Shown piece after piece: positions 29,436 to 39,610 of a stretch of DNA of 64,000 bases; the stretch's first letter is position 1; each line of letters opens with the position of its first letter. The stretch is taken from assembly GCA_965205015.1 (NCBI GenBank), contig OZ242029.1, positions 2,848,001 through 2,912,000 of the forward strand, read 5' to 3'. The DNA comes from Candidatus Poribacteria bacterium. GTDB lineage: Bacteria > Poribacteria > WGA-4E > WGA-3G. Below the pieces are notes generated by a model. It searched no databases. It had not been told where the DNA came from and saw nothing but the letters and a program-made list of their open reading frames with translations. Made by a program: the position numbers and the translations under genes.

Positions 29436-32400
29436 ATGGCAAAGAAAAAACGAAAAAGAAACCCCTTAAAGGCAAATGCTAAGCGTCAGGCACATGCGTC
29501 GCTAAAGGGATACCTCTATCAAATCTGGCATAGTGTGAATGCTTGGCTGGATCTTGCCGATGATGAAATTCTCTATCTGGAAGGTGCGGAGGACTTTGAT
29601 GTCCTATCAGATAGCGGTGATACAGCGACACAAGTCAAACACACGCGACGAAGGATAACACTCAGGTCTCAAGAGGTGATTGACGCGATTAACCACTATT
29701 GGGAATTGCGAACTAACAACCCGGATCGACGTGTGAAATTCCGTTTTCTCACGCGCTCCAAAATAGGTATGGAGCGGGGAAACCCATTTGGAAAGGATAA
29801 ACTTGGGCTCGAGTTGTGGCAACGTTGTTCGGATGATGAGGCAGCTATCACAAAAATTTCCGAGTTCTTACAAGCCGAAGGTAAAATATCGCAGGAAGTA
29901 AGAGACTTTCTCAAACAAGCAGAGAACCAAGAAATCTATGAAAAACTCATTGAGCCTATCACTTGGGAAACGGATAGTAAACCCGCCATTTACATTGAGA
30001 AAACCATAAATGATAAGCTGGTTCTCCACGGCAATCGGCAGTCTATCCCAATTCCACCTTCTGCTGCCAAAGAAACGCTTAATCGTCTTCTCAAGGAAGC
30101 CTTAGTGGTTGCGACACAAGAGGAAAACCGTGCGCTTACCAAAGTCCGCTTCCTTGAAATTTTCGAGGCGCAAACAACGCAAAGAGTCTCAACTCAACAT
30201 TTACAGCGCTTGCAGATGCAGGCAATAAAGATGGGTGATGTTGATCCGACATTACTTAAAGATCCATCTGATATTACAATTCAATCTCAGGTCGCTATAC
30301 AAAGTGAAATACCACAGATCTATCATGAATTTGCCCCGAGAACAGATATGGTTGCAAACATTCAACTTAAACTTCAATCAGACGGTATAGTTATAATCCA
30401 CGGAGGCGTGGACAAAGGGAAAACAACCCTTGCAAAATTGACTGCCAATGATATAGAGGGTGATTGGTTCTGGTTGAATTTTACCAATAAAGATCCGTTT
30501 TTGATTGACCAATATCTGCAGCAACTTGCTATTGCCGTAAGTAATCGATCCGCGCAGGTCAACATAGTCCTTGATGATCTGAACCTGCAACCTCAACAGT
30601 TGCGGACGTATGAAGAAGTTTTTGGGGGGACGGTTTACAGCGTACTGGAACGTGGTGCAAAATTATTGATCACAAGTCAACATAAGCCTCCTAATAATCT
30701 CATTCATCGTTTCGGTGTATCAAAGGCAATAGCAATTGATGTTCCGAACTTTACTGAATCTGAAATAAAGCAATTTGCTGAAGAAATGGGATGCCCTACT
30801 GATGACATAGACACTTGGGGGACATTAATTCAAGCACATACAGGTGGACATCCGAGGCTTGTACACGCGTGGCTCGTCCGATTGCAGGAGAAAGGTTGGG
30901 CAGAACAAAATATACTCACAAGTATCTTACAACCCCCGGAAGAGGTGATAGAAGAGCGTGAAGCAGCGCGCCAATTACTTACAGATTTACCAGAAAAGCA
31001 ACGGGAATTTCTTTATAGGCTTAGCCTGATGGTCACTGGATTCAGGAGAGAGCATGCTCTTAACATTGGCGAGATACCAGACCGTATAACTCATCCTGGA
31101 CATATTCTTAATCAACTGGTAGGTCCTTGGATAGATCAAGTTGATGAGAGATATTACACAATTTCACCTTTGTTGACGAACGCGGCTAAGGAAGATTTGT
31201 CCGCGAGGAGGATAAAGTTTCTTCATGCTCACATTGCAAACGCAATCCACAAAACAAAGAATCTGACCACAACGGAAGCATGGACTGTGTTCACACATAG
31301 TATGGCTGGAGAAAACAAAGAAGGGATTATCGCTTTCATTTATTCATTGATGAACGCTTCACAGAATGATTGGGAAAATCTTTGTCAAGAGTTCTCATTG
31401 TTAGCACACATTAAAATTGATCCTCCCGAAGAATTATTTCCTGGTGATGCCTTTCTAAATCAAATGTTTCGGTCATTGCAATATCGTATTGCGGTTGAAG
31501 TGAAACCAGAAATTGCCCCGAAGATACTTGAATTGTGGGATAAAGAAACTAAGCCATACAAACCGCGTCAGTCATATCTACTATCTCGCCTAATGCTGGC
31601 CACGGAAGTATTGAGATATAACCAAGTGTTGCTTCCAGCCAAGAAGATGGTGGGTTATCTTAGAGAAATGATTGACATCAAGAATAGGGATAAAAAAGTC
31701 TGGGCGATTTTCTACAATTCCGTGGGACAATTAGAAAAATATAAAACTGATAAATCTAACTATTTCAGTATCCTATTTGGTTTTATCTATGCGCGCCGCC
31801 CTATGTACGCGCCGTTTCTCACGGAGCTTATTGATGCACTGGACGAACTTGAACCAGAAACCCGGACATTATTATTGGCTGATTTTGAAGATGATACCGT
31901 TGACCCTCGCGTTCTGATAGATGGCATCTGGGGATCAGAAGCGAACCTTGAAAATCCAGATTGGACAAGGTGTCTACATGCATTTGACAAAGTAATTGAA
32001 AGAACTATTGCTTGGGGTTATCCTCATTTTGCTGCGGCAGCAGCAAGGGGTAAAGCAATGATCTACGATGAATGCTTAGATGAACCTGAACCTGAAACTG
32101 CCTACACAGTTCTTCAAGATTTTGTGTCAAAAGTGGGTCCTTCACCGATAATCGAGGAAGAACAAGCAGTCATATATTTACATCAGGAACGCTACAGAGA
32201 AGCACTCAGTATTTACGAACGTATTCTTTCCCATTGGCATCCACCGTCAGGACAATTAGATGTGATGCCTGCAGAGGCATGTCGCCGAGCTGCTATGTGT
32301 GCTGCACATTTGGATGATTGGAAGAAGGCATCTGTCTTTTTTGAAGATGCTGCTAAAAGAACTGAAAATATTGAGAATACCGAAAGACATATTAGTTTTT

Positions 32401-33725
32401 ATGTGGATGCAGGATTTGCTCACTTTAAAGCAGGCAATATGTTCAATTGTATAAAACTGCTGCATCTGGCGTTGCAAAATTTTGAAAGACTGCCTCAAGA
32501 CAATACAAATGTCAAATATTTTACTTTAAAGAAACGTTTAGAGCACACCATAAAATGGATAAAAACGATATGGTGTGAGTCGGAAGATAATTCTCCAAAA
32601 CTTTTTGAACCCCCTGTAGGTTTTTGTAGCGACCCGGCGACAAAAGAAGAGATTCTAACTCTTCCTGACTGTCCAACAGGATACGCTTGGCTCCATCTAT
32701 CACAAATTGAGTACAGATTTGGGCATGAGACGACAGTTTTCCAACACGCTCTGCAAACCACAGACCGAAAAGAATATCCGATATTGAATTTCTTCCTTTC
32801 TTTCCTTGAAGCACAATATGAATTTAGAAACAAAACTTTTGATAATCTGCCACAACGTATTTATCAGTTAGCATTAGTATATAGGGCGAGCAAAAAGCAT
32901 CAGCAAAGTGGAAGAAGTGCTGCAGAAAAAGGATCTTATTCTATATCTGACTCCGATCTCTCCGGCTTCGCTTCTGTTGATAACATCATTGCAATTTTTG
33001 TTGCAGCACTTGTTGTTAAAATGCGGACAAACAGAAATGAACAGGATATTTTGGCTAAATGGCGCACAAATTCGTCTGAACTACCTATTAAAGAGAATAT
33101 CTACTCCGCCCTTGATTTAATTGAATCCATATTGTTGGGGGATTATAATAATGCTCTTATAGTGATGAAAGCACAAGATTCTAAACCTGAAGAATGTCTT
33201 GCAGCAGCATTAAAGATTATTCATAATACCGAAACGAGCTCAGAAAATCTCTTTCATGCACATGCGCTCATTGCCCCTTATTTGGTTAGTAGTCTAATAT
33301 GGTTAGATTCCTTTGAAACAGGTTTAGCAAAACTTCTTTCTGTCCAATGGCTTAAAAAAATAAAATTTCGGGCGACGTTGAAAACACCTATGATTACAGT
33401 ACCCCAAATAGAACAAGCCTGTAACAGCAGTGAGACAGGCAAGAAAAAAATTGGACAGATTCTGCTTGCAGTACATCAAGCTGTCTCAGTCAGAGTCGCA
33501 CCCGAAACTCTACAGCAGCTGCGCAGTTGGGCAGAATTGGAATCAAAGCAGAGACAGGAACCCGAAAGAAGAAAAAATCCCGCTGCACAACGCCTCATCA
33601 AAGCGATGGAAAAACCACCCCATCTCACCGATGAAGACATTGATGCCCTGAACCAATCAATAAAAGAGGGGGAAATACCGATAAAGTTTGATTCACCCTT
33701 TGATTCGGATGAAAGTGATAAATAA
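29436..33725 (+). CDS. Avs-like defence protein: N-terminal PD-(D/E)xK-type nuclease, STAND NTPase, TPR/helical repeats and a VapB-like C-terminal tail
   Basis: SLKGYLYQ...EGAEDFD...QVKH nuclease motifs; Walker A GGVDKGKT, Walker B IVLDD, LLITS, GHP (STAND GxP); TPR-like helices; tail PAAQRLIKAMEKPPHLTDEDIDALNQSIKEGEIP. Confidence 0.75.
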   Translation: MAKKKRKRNPLKANAKRQAHASLKGYLYQIWHSVNAWLDLADDEILYLEGAEDFDVLSDSGDTATQVKHTRRRITLRSQEVIDAINHYWELRTNNPDRRVKFRFLTRSKIGMERGNPFGKDKLGLELWQRCSDDEAAITKISEFLQAEGKISQEVRDFLKQAENQEIYEKLIEPITWETDSKPAIYIEKTINDKLVLHGNRQSIPIPPSAAKETLNRLLKEALVVATQEENRALTKVRFLEIFEAQTTQRVSTQHLQRLQMQAIKMGDVDPTLLKDPSDITIQSQVAIQSEIPQIYHEFAPRTDMVANIQLKLQSDGIVIIHGGVDKGKTTLAKLTANDIEGDWFWLNFTNKDPFLIDQYLQQLAIAVSNRSAQVNIVLDDLNLQPQQLRTYEEVFGGTVYSVLERGAKLLITSQHKPPNNLIHRFGVSKAIAIDVPNFTESEIKQFAEEMGCPTDDIDTWGTLIQAHTGGHPRLVHAWLVRLQEKGWAEQNILTSILQPPEEVIEEREAARQLLTDLPEKQREFLYRLSLMVTGFRREHALNIGEIPDRITHPGHILNQLVGPWIDQVDERYYTISPLLTNAAKEDLSARRIKFLHAHIANAIHKTKNLTTTEAWTVFTHSMAGENKEGIIAFIYSLMNASQNDWENLCQEFSLLAHIKIDPPEELFPGDAFLNQMFRSLQYRIAVEVKPEIAPKILELWDKETKPYKPRQSYLLSRLMLATEVLRYNQVLLPAKKMVGYLREMIDIKNRDKKVWAIFYNSVGQLEKYKTDKSNYFSILFGFIYARRPMYAPFLTELIDALDELEPETRTLLLADFEDDTVDPRVLIDGIWGSEANLENPDWTRCLHAFDKVIERTIAWGYPHFAAAAARGKAMIYDECLDEPEPETAYTVLQDFVSKVGPSPIIEEEQAVIYLHQERYREALSIYERILSHWHPPSGQLDVMPAEACRRAAMCAAHLDDWKKASVFFEDAAKRTENIENTERHISFYVDAGFAHFKAGNMFNCIKLLHLALQNFERLPQDNTNVKYFTLKKRLEHTIKWIKTIWCESEDNSPKLFEPPVGFCSDPATKEEILTLPDCPTGYAWLHLSQIEYRFGHETTVFQHALQTTDRKEYPILNFFLSFLEAQYEFRNKTFDNLPQRIYQLALVYRASKKHQQSGRSAAEKGSYSISDSDLSGFASVDNIIAIFVAALVVKMRTNRNEQDILAKWRTNSSELPIKENIYSALDLIESILLGDYNNALIVMKAQDSKPEECLAAALKIIHNTETSSENLFHAHALIAPYLVSSLIWLDSFETGLAKLLSVQWLKKIKFRATLKTPMITVPQIEQACNSSETGKKKIGQILLAVHQAVSVRVAPETLQQLRSWAELESKQRQEPERRKNPAAQRLIKAMEKPPHLTDEDIDALNQSIKEGEIPIKFDSPFDSDESDK

Positions 33726-34141
33726 TGAATAAGTATCTCTTGGATACATCAACATGCAGTTTGTTGATGCAGGATATTCCCGGAGTAAAAAAGCGTTTGA
33801 ATTCGCTAACTGAGTCGGACTACCATTTTACTTGTCCCATCGTTAAGGGAGAAATTCTATTCGGAATTGGTCGGCTACCTTCCGGGAAAAGACGACAAGA
33901 TCTCGAACAAAGGGCAAATGAACTATTTGCTACGGTCCCATGCGACCCAATTCCAGAGAGGGTTGGCAATGTCTATGCACAGATAAAAATTGCGGCGCAA
34001 GAACAAGGAACATCTTTAAGTGAATGCGACCTTTGGATTGCTGCGACAGCTTTAGCTCTTGATGCAATTCTGGTTGCTTCCGATTCTGATTATGAAAGAA
34101 TAGTTAGATTAGGGCTTCGTTTGGAAGATTGGAAAAATTAA
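33725..34141 (+). CDS. VapC/PIN-domain ribonuclease toxin
   Basis: YLLDTS, VKGEILFG, CDLWIAATA, VASDSDY (four acidic PIN residues); TAATG overlap with the upstream stop. Confidence 0.92.
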   Translation: MNKYLLDTSTCSLLMQDIPGVKKRLNSLTESDYHFTCPIVKGEILFGIGRLPSGKRRQDLEQRANELFATVPCDPIPERVGNVYAQIKIAAQEQGTSLSECDLWIAATALALDAILVASDSDYERIVRLGLRLEDWKN

Positions 34142-34192
34142 CGAAAGAGATGTTTCATTTTAATAGCACAGATAAACTGAAAGGAAACGCGC

Positions 34193-35836
34193 ATGCCCAC
34201 ACTCGAATTTAAAGGAAAACAACACATCTACGCCCACCACCTCACCGTCCCCTACCGACCCCTCGAACCCGACGAAACCCGCTCCTGCAACCCGACCGAC
34301 ACAGACGACAATCTCATCATCCACGGCGACAATCTACACGCCCTCAAAGCATTACTTCCACGCTACGCAAACCGTATCAAGTGCATCTACATTGATCCAC
34401 CCTACAACACCGGCAACGAAGGCTGGGTCTACAATGACAACGTAAACAGTCCAGTGATGCAGCAATGGCTTACAGAGAACGCACCCATTGATAACGAAGA
34501 TTTAGAACGGCATGACAAATGGCTCTGTATGATGTGGCCGAGGTTACATCTTTTCAAAGAACTGCTTTCGGACGATGGTGTAATCTTCATCTCCATTGAT
34601 GATAACGAACAACATCACCTGCGGATGCTGATGAATGAGATTTTTAAAGAGGGAAACTTTAGAAATGTAATCAGTGTTCGCCGCGGTATCAAAAATGTTC
34701 AAGCCCAATTTGAGTATGTAGATCGCCTTAATGTGGGTTCGGAATATATACTTTTTTTCAGCAAATCCGCTGATATGAGGTTTCCGCATTTGACCGTTGA
34801 TATCGATGAAGATAAAGCTGGAAGTTGGAATAATCATTGGCGCGGCACCGATAGACCGACAATGCGATATGAGTTAATGGGAATAATCCCCGAAACAGGT
34901 CAGTGGAGATGGGAGAGACAAAGAAGTCTGAATGCCATAGAAAATTATAAACGTCTACTTGACGAATGTGGACCCAATCCTACTCAAGCCGAAATTGATG
35001 AATGGTGGTTTGCGCAATCACCTCAGAAGCCTGATTTATTGCGAAGGTCAACGACAAATCGACCCGAACACTTCGTTCCTCCATCAGATAAACGAATATT
35101 GAGTTCGCTCTGGACTGATTTGATTGTTAATGAGTCTTCCTCCTTAATGAGAGCATTAGATATTGAATTTCCAAATCCAAAGCGTACAGATCTAATAAAA
35201 CGAATTATTGATTACGCAACCGTGAGTGATGAAAACGCTATTGTTCTTGACTCATTCGCTGGTAGCGGCACGACTGCCCACGCTGTCCTATCCCTCAACA
35301 AAGAAGATAACGGCAATCGAAAGTTTATTCTCATTGAGTGCGAAGATTATGCCGACACTATCACTACAGAACGCGTTCGTCGTGTTATCAACGGTGTTCC
35401 CGAAGCACGTGACGAGGCACTGCGCGAAGGTTTAGGAGGCTCTTTTACCTACTGCACCTTGGGTGAACCGATTGAGGTAGAGACGATGCTCACCGGAGAG
35501 GCATTGCCCTCGTATGCAGCACTTGCCGCCAATCTGTTGTATACCACTTCTGGTGTTTCCGTCGGATCAGATAAATTAGAGTCGGAAAATGAGGATGGAC
35601 TTTTTCATAGCGATGACAAAAATGATTACTATCTGCTCTATGAACCCGACCTTGAATATCTACGCAGCAACAAAGCGATACTCAATCTGGAGCGCGCGGA
35701 ACGTATTCGCAATGCCAGTCATGAAAACGGTAGAAAAGCAATCGTCTACGCAGCAGGAAATTACATCGGTCAGCGTGAGCTCACAAAAATGGGTATTATG
35801 TTTTGTCAACTCCCCGATGCCCTGCATGAAAGATAA
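34193..35836 (+). CDS. mod: Type III restriction-modification methyltransferase (Mod)
   Basis: HGDNLHALK, IYIDPPYNTG, IFISIDDNE, FPNPK, LDSFAGSGTT (beta-class N6-MTase). Confidence 0.92.
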   Translation: MPTLEFKGKQHIYAHHLTVPYRPLEPDETRSCNPTDTDDNLIIHGDNLHALKALLPRYANRIKCIYIDPPYNTGNEGWVYNDNVNSPVMQQWLTENAPIDNEDLERHDKWLCMMWPRLHLFKELLSDDGVIFISIDDNEQHHLRMLMNEIFKEGNFRNVISVRRGIKNVQAQFEYVDRLNVGSEYILFFSKSADMRFPHLTVDIDEDKAGSWNNHWRGTDRPTMRYELMGIIPETGQWRWERQRSLNAIENYKRLLDECGPNPTQAEIDEWWFAQSPQKPDLLRRSTTNRPEHFVPPSDKRILSSLWTDLIVNESSSLMRALDIEFPNPKRTDLIKRIIDYATVSDENAIVLDSFAGSGTTAHAVLSLNKEDNGNRKFILIECEDYADTITTERVRRVINGVPEARDEALREGLGGSFTYCTLGEPIEVETMLTGEALPSYAALAANLLYTTSGVSVGSDKLESENEDGLFHSDDKNDYYLLYEPDLEYLRSNKAILNLERAERIRNASHENGRKAIVYAAGNYIGQRELTKMGIMFCQLPDALHER

Positions 35837-35882
35837 AGTAGTAGGCACACTCCGTGTGCCGTGAACATAAGGTAATAGAAAC

Positions 35883-38465
35883 ATGTTAGAATTAAAGGAG
35901 TATCAGCGCGGTGCCCTTGACGCTTTGGTTCGTTGGTTAGAGGCGCTTGAAGACGCACAGCATGATTTAGATACTATGATTGAGGCGTTGGAACGGACAC
36001 CGGTTGATATTCCAATTCCTGATGAGCTGCGCAATTATCCCAAGGCTGCATGGCAAAGATTAAGAGAAACCGGCGGTGTCGCGGCAACTGCAGGCGAACA
36101 CGTTGACCGCACCGACGATGCAAACCGCTCCATTCCACATATCTGTTTCAAAGTGCCAACAGGGGGCGGTAAGACCCTACTCGCTGCCGCTGCATTGGAA
36201 CGTCTCCCTTGGCACCGTGGTTTAGTGCTGTGGGTTGTCCCAAGCAAGGCGATCTATGCACAGACGAGAGCCGCCTTGTGGGATAAGCAACACCCCTACC
36301 GTAAAATGTTGAACCGGGCGAGTGCAGGTCGCGTCAAGATGTTGGAAAAGGAGGATACCTTCAACAGAGACGATATCGCCAATTACCTCTGTGTCATGCT
36401 GCTCATGCTCCCAGCAACGAACCGACAAAGAGGCAGGGAGTTTCTCCGTATGTTCCGAGATTCCGGACGTTATCCCAGTTTTTACCCCGACAGCGATGAT
36501 ATCTTCGGCAATACCCGTCTGCTAAATGAATATCCTGATCTGGAGTGCCACACAGAAGGCGGACTCGTCAAACAGAGTCTATTCAACGTGTTTAAAATGC
36601 TACGTCCCGTCGTCATTCTGGACGAGGCGCATAAGGCATACGGCGCGCGAAATCGGCAAACAAACGAAGAATTCGCCAAATCCATCAACCGCCTTGATCC
36701 ACGAATGGTGATTGAACTCTCTGCCACACCCAACCGTGGCATCAGCAATCTACTTGTCGATATTGAGGGACCCGACCTGAAAAGAGAGGAGATGATTAAG
36801 TTACCGGTGCAGGTGACATCGTTTCCGAATGCCGAGTGGCAACTAACCCTCAGCCAAGCTGCTGACGAACTGGAACGCCTTGACACCGAGGCGCAATCGT
36901 ATGAGAACAGCACGGGGCGGTATATCCGTCCCATCGCCGTTGTGCGTGTTGAGCGGACTGGCAGGGATCAACGGGATAATGATCATGTCCATGCAGAGGA
37001 TGTCCGAGAGTATCTTACACAGAATTTGCGTGTGCCTTCGGATGCGGTTCGCGTCAAATCCGCCGAAAACGACGAACTCGGACGAGAAAATCTACTCTCG
37101 GAATATTCGCACGTGCGCTGGATAATCACGAAATCCGCCCTGATGGAAGGGTGGGATTGCCCATTCGCCTATCTCTTGGTAATGCTGGACAATACCCAAG
37201 CACAGCGGGCAATTACGCAGCTCGTCGGACGCGTGATGCGGCAACCGCATGCCCAACTCACCGGTAGAGAAGTGCTGGATCAGTGCTACGTCTATTGCAA
37301 TAATGTTGATGTCGGCACGGTCGTCACTCAAGTTAAAAATGGATTGGAGTCGGAAGGATTAACGGGCTTGGGTGATGAAGTGATGGGCGCGTCGGATGCA
37401 CAACAAGGAAGGGAGCCGCAAGAAATCCAACAACAGACCGTCCAACGCCGTGAGCAATTCCGAGATCAGGATATCTACTTGCCCGTGGTCCGCCATAGAG
37501 ATGGCGATAGATGGGTTCAACTCAATTATCAGGCACATATCTTGCCGTATATAGATTGGTCAACGATAGAACCACCCGATCCGAGAGCATCCGCACCTGA
37601 GAATGTCCGACGGCAATCTGCCACGGTTGATGTTGATGAAGTTCTACCTGTTTTTCATACCGAACAAGAACCGTTCATTGAAAAGAAGATTAGCATTTCC
37701 GATTTTGCGCGGCGATTGTCCGACATTATGCCGAATCTCTGGGAAGCGGCTCGTATTGCAGTGCAGATGCACGAACGCCTTAAAGCGGATGGTGAAACTG
37801 AAGCGGACATCTACGATAGGCGTTCTTACCTTGCACACGTTCTGCGGGAACATGTAAAGAGTGAGGTAGAAAAGCAGGCAGAGCAGGTCTTTCGTAGAAA
37901 ACTTGATCAGGATGAAATTCGCTTTGACTTGGAGACACGAGAACCCAACTATCGGATGGTAGATAGTTACAAGGTACAGGTTGGCTCTGATGATAGACCT
38001 CTATTAGGAAGAGATTATGAACCTGTGCAGTTAAGCCTATTTGAGCCAGTTTTTGAGCAACAATTCGATAGTGAATTGGAAAGGAAATTTGCCTACTACC
38101 TTGACGAAGAAAGAGCACTACAATGGTGGCATCGGGTCGCGGCGCGTCAACGGGGTGAGTATTACCTACAAGGCTGGAAACGCGGGCGCATCTATCCTGA
38201 TTTCGTTGCAATGGCAAACGAAATTGACGGCGTGACACACGTCCTAATTTTTGATACAAAAGGTGAACACCTTGCAGGCAACCTTGACACCGAGTACAAG
38301 CGAAAAGTGTTAGAAACGCTTGAAGGGGCATTCAACACTGCCGGTAGGATGGTGGTGCGGGAGGGACCGAGGCGGCAAGGCATCTTTCAATTGGTGTTCA
38401 GCGATCAGGAATTTCTGGAGATAACCGCCCGATTGGATATTCAGGCGTATGCTACGAGTCGGTAG
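35883..38465 (+). CDS. res: Type III restriction endonuclease/helicase subunit (Res)
   Basis: LKEYQ, PTGGGKT, DEAH, SATP, EGWD, QLVGRVMRQP; C-terminal YPDFV...DTKG nuclease. Confidence 0.88.
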   Translation: MLELKEYQRGALDALVRWLEALEDAQHDLDTMIEALERTPVDIPIPDELRNYPKAAWQRLRETGGVAATAGEHVDRTDDANRSIPHICFKVPTGGGKTLLAAAALERLPWHRGLVLWVVPSKAIYAQTRAALWDKQHPYRKMLNRASAGRVKMLEKEDTFNRDDIANYLCVMLLMLPATNRQRGREFLRMFRDSGRYPSFYPDSDDIFGNTRLLNEYPDLECHTEGGLVKQSLFNVFKMLRPVVILDEAHKAYGARNRQTNEEFAKSINRLDPRMVIELSATPNRGISNLLVDIEGPDLKREEMIKLPVQVTSFPNAEWQLTLSQAADELERLDTEAQSYENSTGRYIRPIAVVRVERTGRDQRDNDHVHAEDVREYLTQNLRVPSDAVRVKSAENDELGRENLLSEYSHVRWIITKSALMEGWDCPFAYLLVMLDNTQAQRAITQLVGRVMRQPHAQLTGREVLDQCYVYCNNVDVGTVVTQVKNGLESEGLTGLGDEVMGASDAQQGREPQEIQQQTVQRREQFRDQDIYLPVVRHRDGDRWVQLNYQAHILPYIDWSTIEPPDPRASAPENVRRQSATVDVDEVLPVFHTEQEPFIEKKISISDFARRLSDIMPNLWEAARIAVQMHERLKADGETEADIYDRRSYLAHVLREHVKSEVEKQAEQVFRRKLDQDEIRFDLETREPNYRMVDSYKVQVGSDDRPLLGRDYEPVQLSLFEPVFEQQFDSELERKFAYYLDEERALQWWHRVAARQRGEYYLQGWKRGRIYPDFVAMANEIDGVTHVLIFDTKGEHLAGNLDTEYKRKVLETLEGAFNTAGRMVVREGPRRQGIFQLVFSDQEFLEITARLDIQAYATSR

Positions 38466-38481
38466 TCAGGGCGTTGTGTAT

Positions 38482-38542
38482 TTGTAGCGTAAACTGTTAG
38501 TCTGCGTGCTTAAGAGGCACAATCTAACAGATTATGCTACAA
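38482..38542. repeat. Inverted pair of GTAG-type REP-like units forming a long hairpin
   Basis: TTGTAGCGTAAACTGTTAGTCTGCG ... CACAATCTAACAGATTATGCTACAA. Confidence 0.7.
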
Positions 38543-38757
38543 CTGGCAATTTGCGTTAATTATTGATATTTTTAACACTTTTTTTGGCTTAATTGTGAAA
38601 AAAGGGTTATAATAGTCACAGGAAATAGGGGATGCCTATGGGTAGAGACACTCTATGAAGCATTTGACATACTCCGCCGAATGAATTCACGGATTTAGAC
38701 TCGGAAAATTGATAATGTGAATTCAATAGAGGTTGAACTCATATCAAGGAGACAAAA

Positions 38758-38916
38758 ATGGAACGGAAAATCAATAAATGGACCGTTCGCTGTTTGGCAG
38801 GTTTTGCGATTGCCAGCATAGTCTTTCTACTGGTTACATTTTTGGGTTTTAATGCAATGGTGCTTTCTGTCGTGGGTGTGATGCTCTTTACATCTATCGC
38901 TAAGCGTTACGCTTGA
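38758..38916 (+). CDS. Small hydrophobic membrane protein (52 aa)
   Basis: Below the ORF-track cutoff; AAGGAG SD; MERKINKWTVRCLAGFAIASIVFLLVTFLGFNAMVLSVVGVMLFTSIAKRYA. Confidence 0.6.
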   Translation: MERKINKWTVRCLAGFAIASIVFLLVTFLGFNAMVLSVVGVMLFTSIAKRYA

Positions 38917-39000
38917 CGTATTTCAACCATCTCGCGACGCTAAAGCCATTGAATCCACTTGATGCATTTTTTATGTCAAAGGGTTACGATAGCAATCCGA

Positions 39001-39186
39001 TTATTTTCCTCTGGAAAGTGCGCTGATGACATACCATAGAAGCGTAGCGACGCTACTGTGTCGATGATTTGCCGACTTTGAACGTTTAGAGTGAATGCTA
39101 CCGTGCCGACGTCCCGCCGCGTTGTAGAGTGCAGTCCTTCTCACGCTGATCAGTTTTGCCACACTTTTCTTTGTCAGTTTCGACAT
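39001..39186 (-). CDS. Possible small basic protein (61 aa)
   Basis: AGAGGT SD-like sequence upstream of ATG; K/R/S-rich; no recognised motif. Confidence 0.3.
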   Translation of the reverse strand: MSKLTKKSVAKLISVRRTALYNAAGRRHGSIHSKRSKSANHRHSSVATLLWYVISALSRGK

Positions 39187-39284
39187 TCCAAATACCTCTA
39201 AACATTTCCAATTTGCAGAAGTTTAACGAAAAAAACGCTTGCTCGGTACAAATAATAAATCCTTAGACTGATTTTCTATGTCCG

Positions 39285-39601
39285 AAACTACTAATTGCGA
39301 AATTGTGGTCTGAATAAACGGTGGCACTTCAAAGATACCTATTACACCTGCCATTCTGTGATATTTTTGTTTCAGATGATGACGACTTAAGAACAATATG
39401 TAAAAGTATAAACTATGCATATTTTGACAGGTTAAATCTTAAACCAGAAGGGTTTCAAAAATTTCACCCAAAAATAATGACAGCAAAAGAATTATTGGCA
39501 CAGATAAACTAAATGTCGGAGGCTGATTATACTTCGGAAAAATAACCTAATACAAAATGTTATATCAGATTTAACCCATCCCAAAACTACTAATTGCGAA
39601 A
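39285..39601 (+). repeat. 18-bp perfect direct repeat pair
   Basis: AAACTACTAATTGCGAAA at 39285-39302 and 39584-39601. Confidence 0.8.
39321..39512 (+). pseudogene. AT-rich 3' remnant of a PIN-like gene
   Basis: HLPFCDIFVSDDDDL resembles the C-terminal strand of PIN-like domains; in-frame stop just upstream; flanked by an 18-bp direct repeat. Confidence 0.4.
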
Positions 39602-39610
39602 AAATTAGCG

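Noticed and set aside
34193-34450. Phase-variable repeat tract in mod
   Set aside because: C-rich, but no tandem simple-sequence repeat or long homopolymer is visible.
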